From contig CAVRKD010000001.1 in assembly GCA_963722185.1 (NCBI GenBank), positions 306,015 to 370,014 of the forward strand: a stretch of 64,000 nt of DNA. The letters run 5' to 3'. Position 1 is the first letter of the stretch, and every line of letters begins with the position of its first letter. This DNA comes from an uncultured Actinomycetes bacterium. GTDB lineage: Bacteria > Actinomycetota > Acidimicrobiia > Acidimicrobiales > JACCXE01. The notes beneath the pieces were generated by a model. It saw only the letters and a list, made by a program, of their open reading frames with translations. It ran no database searches and had not been told where the DNA came from. Below are positions 59,351-64,000 of this stretch, one piece after another. The position numbers and the translations under genes were made by a program.

Positions 59351-59357
59351 ACCACCT

Positions 59358-60455
59358 GTGAAGTTTCGCTGCGAACGGGACGTTTTGGTCGAGGCGCTGA
59401 CATCAGCGAGTCGAGCCACATCTGGACGCGAACGCTTACCGGTTCTCGCCGGCGCGCGCGTCGAAGTCATTGGCGACGAGTTACGCATCATCGCCACCGA
59501 CCTTGATCTGACGATCGAGGTCGTGGCCACGGTGGCCGGCATCGCCGACGGCGTCGCTGTCATTCCCGCCAAGTTGGCGGCCGACATCGTGCGCTCACTC
59601 GAGCCGGGCGCGGTGACCGTCGAGGCCGACGACGATCAGGCCAAGATCGCATCTGGCCGCTCGCAATTCGCCGTGCGCGTGTTGCCCGCGGAGGAATTCC
59701 CGATGGCGCAAGGCGAGGTCGCGTCCGAAGCAGTGACCGTCACGTCGAACGAGCTGGCCGATGCGTTGCGGCAAGTAGTTCGCGCGGCGAGCGGCGACGA
59801 GGCCCGGCCGATTCTCACCGGTGTGTTGTTCATGGCGACGGCCGACGGCATGCAACTCATCGCCACCGACAGCTACCGCCTCGCGGTGCGCCAGCTGCCC
59901 GGCCAACACCTGGTGCGCGGCGACCAGAAGGTGCTCATCCCGTCACGCGCCTTGGCCGAACTGCAACGCCTGCTCGGCGGCGCCGGCGAGTGCGCGGTGC
60001 GGCTGGGCACGACCGAGGCGAGCTTCGAGGTCGGCACGGTGAAACTCACCACGCGGCTCATCGAGGGGGAGTTCCCCAACGTGTTGAATCTCATCCCGGC
60101 GAGTTTCCCGAACGAGCTCACCGTCAATCGCGACGCGCTGCTCGACGCCGTAAAGCGCGTCAAGCTCATGGCGCGCGACCAGACCACACCGGTGCGGTTG
60201 TCGTTGCGCTCCGACGGTGTGGAACTCACGGTCACCAACCCCGCCGAGGGCAACGCCACCGAAGACGTCGAGGCGAAGTACTTGGGCACCGACATGGCCG
60301 TGGCATTCAACCCGCAGTACCTCACCGAGGGAATCGAAGCAGTCACCGGCGACGAGCTGACGCTGGAAACCCAAGACACTCTCAAGCCGTGCGTACTGCG
60401 CGGCGTCGGCGCCGACGACTACCTGTACTTGCTCATGCCCGTGCGGGTGCCCTAG
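59358..60455 (+). CDS. dnaN: DNA polymerase III beta sliding clamp
   Basis: MKFRCERDVLVEAL N-terminus, three-domain length of 365 aa, C-terminal YLLMPVRV. Confidence 0.95.
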   Translation: MKFRCERDVLVEALTSASRATSGRERLPVLAGARVEVIGDELRIIATDLDLTIEVVATVAGIADGVAVIPAKLAADIVRSLEPGAVTVEADDDQAKIASGRSQFAVRVLPAEEFPMAQGEVASEAVTVTSNELADALRQVVRAASGDEARPILTGVLFMATADGMQLIATDSYRLAVRQLPGQHLVRGDQKVLIPSRALAELQRLLGGAGECAVRLGTTEASFEVGTVKLTTRLIEGEFPNVLNLIPASFPNELTVNRDALLDAVKRVKLMARDQTTPVRLSLRSDGVELTVTNPAEGNATEDVEAKYLGTDMAVAFNPQYLTEGIEAVTGDELTLETQDTLKPCVLRGVGADDYLYLLMPVRVP

Positions 60456-60474
60456 CCCGCGAGCGCCGAACGCC

Positions 60475-61575
60475 ATGCGGGTCAACTGGCTGGCCGTCCA
60501 GGACTTCCGTAATTACACGGCGGCCGAGCTGCATCTCGCGCCCGATGGGCTCACGGTCGTCATCGGCGAGAACGGCCAGGGCAAGACCAATCTGCTCGAA
60601 GCGCTGGCATGGTTGGCCACGCTGACGTCGTTTCGCGGGGCGCCAAATGACGCGCTGGTCCGGCAAGGCGCGACAGCGGCGTTCGTACGCGCCGAGGTCG
60701 ATCGCGACGGCCGGCAGCTCACGCTCGGAGCCGAAGTGCCGCCGCGGGGTTCGCCGCGTGTGCTCGTGAACGGCCAGCCGCTGCGCAAGGCGCGCGACCT
60801 GCTCGGTGCAATTCGCGTGAGCGTGTTCAGCCCCGACGATCTTGCTCTGATCAAGGGCGGGCCCGCTGAGCGTCGGCGACTGCTCGACGACGCGCTCGTG
60901 TCATTACACCCGCAGCACGCCGAGACGATCGCCGCCGTCGACCGCGTACTGCGTCAACGTGGCGCGTTGTTGCGCCAAGCCGGTGGCAAAGCAACGCCCG
61001 AGATCGTCACCACGCTCGACGTGTGGGACACCAAGTTGGCCGAACACGGCGCCGCGCTGGCCACCGCCCGCCGAGCACTGGCGGCGCGACTGGAACCGGT
61101 GGTCGCCAAGGCGTACGCCGGTGTGGCCGAGGGCGCGGCCACGGTCGCTATGCGGTACGCGCCGTCGTGGGCCAGCGACGATGACGACGAACGCGCCGCT
61201 CTGCACGCCGCGCTCACCGCGGCGCGCACCGATGACCTCCGCCGCGCCGTAAGCACGGTTGGTCCGCACCGCGACGAGCTCGACCTGCACATCGGCACGC
61301 TGCCGGCGCGCACGCACGCCTCGCAGGGTGAACAACGCTCGCTCGCCCTGGCGCTGCGCCTGGCCGTGCACGACGTCGTCACCGAAAGCACCGGGGCCGC
61401 GCCCATCCTCCTGCTCGACGACGTGTTCTCAGAGCTCGACCCGCACCGCTCGGCGGCGCTCGTGGCGAGCTTGCCTACGTGTCAGGCCATCCTCACCACG
61501 GCCGGCGCGCTGCCGCCAGGGGCGTCGCCCGCCGCGACCGTGCGGATTGAAGACGGAAGGATTGTCGACGCGTGA
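60475..61575 (+). CDS. recF: DNA replication/repair protein RecF
   Basis: Walker A GENGQGKTNLLEA, signature-like SQGEQRSLALALRLA, Walker B ILLLDDVFSELD. Confidence 0.95.
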   Translation: MRVNWLAVQDFRNYTAAELHLAPDGLTVVIGENGQGKTNLLEALAWLATLTSFRGAPNDALVRQGATAAFVRAEVDRDGRQLTLGAEVPPRGSPRVLVNGQPLRKARDLLGAIRVSVFSPDDLALIKGGPAERRRLLDDALVSLHPQHAETIAAVDRVLRQRGALLRQAGGKATPEIVTTLDVWDTKLAEHGAALATARRALAARLEPVVAKAYAGVAEGAATVAMRYAPSWASDDDDERAALHAALTAARTDDLRRAVSTVGPHRDELDLHIGTLPARTHASQGEQRSLALALRLAVHDVVTESTGAAPILLLDDVFSELDPHRSAALVASLPTCQAILTTAGALPPGASPAATVRIEDGRIVDA

Positions 61576-61901
61576 CTTGGAAACCGCTGCCGGAGGAAGA
61601 AGGATTCCGCGACCCGGAACGGATCGGATCGGCGGTTGACCGCGTGGCCCGCCGTCTGGGCGCGCCAACCGCCCACGCACTCAGCGGGCTGTTCAATCGC
61701 TGGGGCGAAATGGTCGGCGAGTCGATCGCCGCCCACGCCACGCCGGTGTCGCTCAAGAGCGGCCGCCTGCTCGTCGAGGTCGACTCGAGCGCGTGGGCCA
61801 CGCAGCTGAAATACATGACCACCGAATTGGTGGCGCGGTGCTGCGACGAACTCGGCGCCGGCGCGGTGAAGCAGATCGACGTCCGCGTAGCGCGGCGTTA
61901 G
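61572..61901 (+). CDS. DUF721 / DciA-like protein (Rv0004 position)
   Basis: GTGA overlap with recF. 109 aa. Pattern WGEMVGESIAAHATPVSLKSGRLLVEVDSSAWATQLKYM is typical of DUF721. Confidence 0.8.
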   Translation: MTWKPLPEEEGFRDPERIGSAVDRVARRLGAPTAHALSGLFNRWGEMVGESIAAHATPVSLKSGRLLVEVDSSAWATQLKYMTTELVARCCDELGAGAVKQIDVRVARR

Positions 61902-62953
61902 AGCTTCAACCGGGTGAGGTTCTTGAGCAGCGCCGCGAGCTCCTGCACGCTCAGCGTGGTCTTGGCCTGGAGGGTGGTGGCGCCGACGGTGATCTGTACC
62001 AGCGTGCCTTCCTCCTTCGACGAGCGCCCGTAGCCGCGATAGGCGCCCGCGGCGAACGGCTCACCGTCGAAGGGGAGCAGGCACCCGATCGGAAACTGGT
62101 ACAGGGACAGGTAGTTCCGTCCTGGAGACGCGGGGTCGGCGTACTGCAGCTCAACCTGGGCGCAGTCCTCTTTCGTTTCTTCCGCGGGGAGGACGACGGC
62201 GCGCACGAGTTTCCAGCCGGCGGGGATCGCTTTGGGCATGTACAGCTCGGTGTCCTTGAACGCTGCCACCTGTGCTTGCTCGATGCCGGGTGTCGGGTCG
62301 AGTTGATCGGCCGGCGGCGCCGCGACGGCCACCGCTTTCCCCCAGTCTTCGAATCGCAAAGTCACGGTTGTGGTTCCGCTGGCGTCGCGGGTGGCCTGCA
62401 CGAGCGAGCGGACCTCGCCTCCGTCGCGTACCGCGAGGCGAAGCGTCATCCAATCGATATCTTTCGCGACCGGCGCGCCGTAGAGCTTGGGCACGTCGAC
62501 ATCGGTGGTGATGTTCGTGAGCCCGTCGTGTTTGCTCGTGACCGTCGGGTGGTGCGCGGCGGCGAGCCACGCCGCCACGTCGATGTCTTCGCGCCGGCTG
62601 AGTCCGCCGCGCTTGGTTTCGGCGTCGAACGTGTCGTACTTGGCGCTCGCCAAGGCCGCGGGCGGAGCGGCCGAGCGCCGGTAGGTGACGTTCTCGAGCC
62701 TGACGAGTTCGATGGCGTCGTCGGCGTCGGTGACCACCGCGTGCACACGCGTCTGCGACTCGATCTCACCGGCGATGTGCACCTTGTCGAACGTCCCGTC
62801 GAACCGGACGCTGGGGTTCCGCTGCACGAAGGCGCGGGCTTGGTCGAGCACGGACTGCGCGTCCGGGGCCTGGTTGATCCGCAGCACGGTCGCCCCGGCG
62901 GCGACCACCAAAACGGCGGTGACCGCGAGCAGCACGCGGCGTGCGACCATCAT
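61898..62953 (-). CDS. N-terminally anchored extracytoplasmic hypothetical protein
   Basis: 351-aa ORF with TM/signal VLLAVTAVLVVAAGATVL. No family recognised. Confidence 0.6.
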   Translation of the reverse strand: MMVARRVLLAVTAVLVVAAGATVLRINQAPDAQSVLDQARAFVQRNPSVRFDGTFDKVHIAGEIESQTRVHAVVTDADDAIELVRLENVTYRRSAAPPAALASAKYDTFDAETKRGGLSRREDIDVAAWLAAAHHPTVTSKHDGLTNITTDVDVPKLYGAPVAKDIDWMTLRLAVRDGGEVRSLVQATRDASGTTTVTLRFEDWGKAVAVAAPPADQLDPTPGIEQAQVAAFKDTELYMPKAIPAGWKLVRAVVLPAEETKEDCAQVELQYADPASPGRNYLSLYQFPIGCLLPFDGEPFAAGAYRGYGRSSKEEGTLVQITVGATTLQAKTTLSVQELAALLKNLTRLKL

Positions 62954-63975
62954 GCGACCCTATCCAGGGGATCGGCGGTAGTCGGGGTCGCGGCCAGCAG
63001 GCCGATCGCCAACACACCCACGGTCAGCGCGATCGGGAGCTGGGGCGACGGGTCCCATCCCAGCTCGTGGAACCCGAACAGTCCGATGCCGGTGCGGGTG
63101 ATGGCGAGCGCGCCGAGGGCGGCGAAGTGCGCGGCGACGGCGATGACCTGGTTGCGGCGGGTGAAGGGCTGGGCGGCGAGCCACGCCGCCAGGACCGTGG
63201 CGGCGGCGGCCTCGATCACCAGCAGCGACCCGATTGGCTCGGGATAGTCGAGCGCGAATCGCAACTGCAGGTGCACGAGCGCGGTCACGAGCGTGCACCC
63301 GACGGCGACGAGCCGCAGCGCGTCGGCCCGCGCCATCCGAAGCCGCAACAGCAGCGCCACGGCCGCCGCGGCGAGAACAACAACCCCCGCGGCGACGCCC
63401 ATCGGCGACGGGCGCGCTGTGCCGCCTTGTACCGGACCTGATGTCACGGCAACCACGCTGGTGGGAACGGTCGTGGTGGTGGCGCTGGCGCTGGCGCTGG
63501 TGGCGACCGCGGTCGTCGTGGTCGGCGCGAGAGTGGAGGACGTCGTCCCGCCACCGATAGCGGGAATGACAATGGTGGTCGTGGTCGTCGTCGCGGCGGG
63601 CGCCGTCGTTGGCGGCGCGGGGCCGGTCACCGAAACGGTGCCGGTCATCTCCTCGTGCGGCTCGCAGAAGTACGGGTACACACCGGGGACGTTGAACGTG
63701 GCGGTGAAGGTCTGTCCCTGGTGCATCGAGGTCGACGCGAACTCGCCGCGACTCGCCGTCACGGTGTGCACCGTCGGGTCGAGGTTGGTCCACTCGACCG
63801 TGTCACCGACGGCGATGCGAACGTCAGGCGGCGTGAACTTGAAGCTGGCGATCGTCGCCGCGTGCGTTGCTGCCCGGGCTTCTTGTGTCACCACAAGGAC
63901 AAGACCTCCGCCTAGTGACACAAGAAGCGCCCAGCGACGCCAATGCGTCACGAAAGAGTGTCGTCGTCGCGCCAC
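62950..63975 (-). CDS. Cupredoxin (plastocyanin/amicyanin-like) domain fused to Thr/Ala linker and C-terminal polytopic membrane domain
   Basis: Signal peptide ...LVLVVTQEARA. Type-1 Cu ligand pattern DPTVHTV ... YFCEPHEEM. T/A-rich linker, then about 4-5 TM helices. Confidence 0.8.
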   Translation of the reverse strand: MARRRHSFVTHWRRWALLVSLGGGLVLVVTQEARAATHAATIASFKFTPPDVRIAVGDTVEWTNLDPTVHTVTASRGEFASTSMHQGQTFTATFNVPGVYPYFCEPHEEMTGTVSVTGPAPPTTAPAATTTTTTIVIPAIGGGTTSSTLAPTTTTAVATSASASATTTTVPTSVVAVTSGPVQGGTARPSPMGVAAGVVVLAAAAVALLLRLRMARADALRLVAVGCTLVTALVHLQLRFALDYPEPIGSLLVIEAAAATVLAAWLAAQPFTRRNQVIAVAAHFAALGALAITRTGIGLFGFHELGWDPSPQLPIALTVGVLAIGLLAATPTTADPLDRVA

Positions 63976-64000
63976 TCAGCCAACGCCGTGCGGAAGCGTC

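Noticed and set aside
1-64000. Searched for tRNA, rRNA, tmRNA, RNase P RNA, riboswitch-sized leaders, CRISPR arrays, integrases, toxin-antitoxin pairs and defence islands.
   Set aside because: No intergenic region exceeds ~380 bp, and the largest are the origin spacers. No cloverleaf-like or repeat-spacer structure was seen, and no recombinase is present other than the tnpB nuclease-type gene.

Overview
High-GC (~68-70%) Actinomycetota-type chromosome segment that contains the replication origin. The right third carries the classical ori block: trxB-trxA-cwlM, then parB-parA-rsmG-jag-yidC-yidD-rnpA-rpmH on the minus strand, then dnaA-dnaN-recF-DUF721(DciA-like) on the plus strand. DnaA-box clusters lie on both sides of dnaA. 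The dnaA-dnaN spacer shows a DnaA-box / GC-cluster / DnaA-trio / AT-rich arrangement. Left of this block is the conserved cca / DUF6049 / murJ / pseudokinase / sigM-like region. Here it is interrupted by a solo, apparently intact tnpB (IS200/IS605-type) and by a degV gene that separates MurJ from its usual pseudokinase module. The left half is metabolic and accessory. It holds a fused ABC exporter, an atu/liu-like acyl-CoA carboxylase catabolic cluster, a TIGR03084-like gene coupled to a heterodimeric ABC exporter, and an ALDH/SDR pair. It also holds a large ATPase-TPR regulator with a C-terminal SARP (wHTH+BTAD) module next to a secreted lectin-RTX protein, an ECF sigma pair, LysR-ino1, a Tat-PhoD, and several small membrane proteins. 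I found no rRNA, tRNA or CRISPR array, and no obvious novel multi-gene defence system. The most unusual items are the tnpB insertion, rsmG lacking any canonical start codon, the split MviN, the inverted SARP regulator architecture, the origin architecture, and a 14-bp perfect inverted repeat inside a signal-peptide coding region. Many long ORFs in the six-frame track are antisense or off-frame artefacts of the high GC content. All functional calls come from motif recognition by eye; no database search was run.
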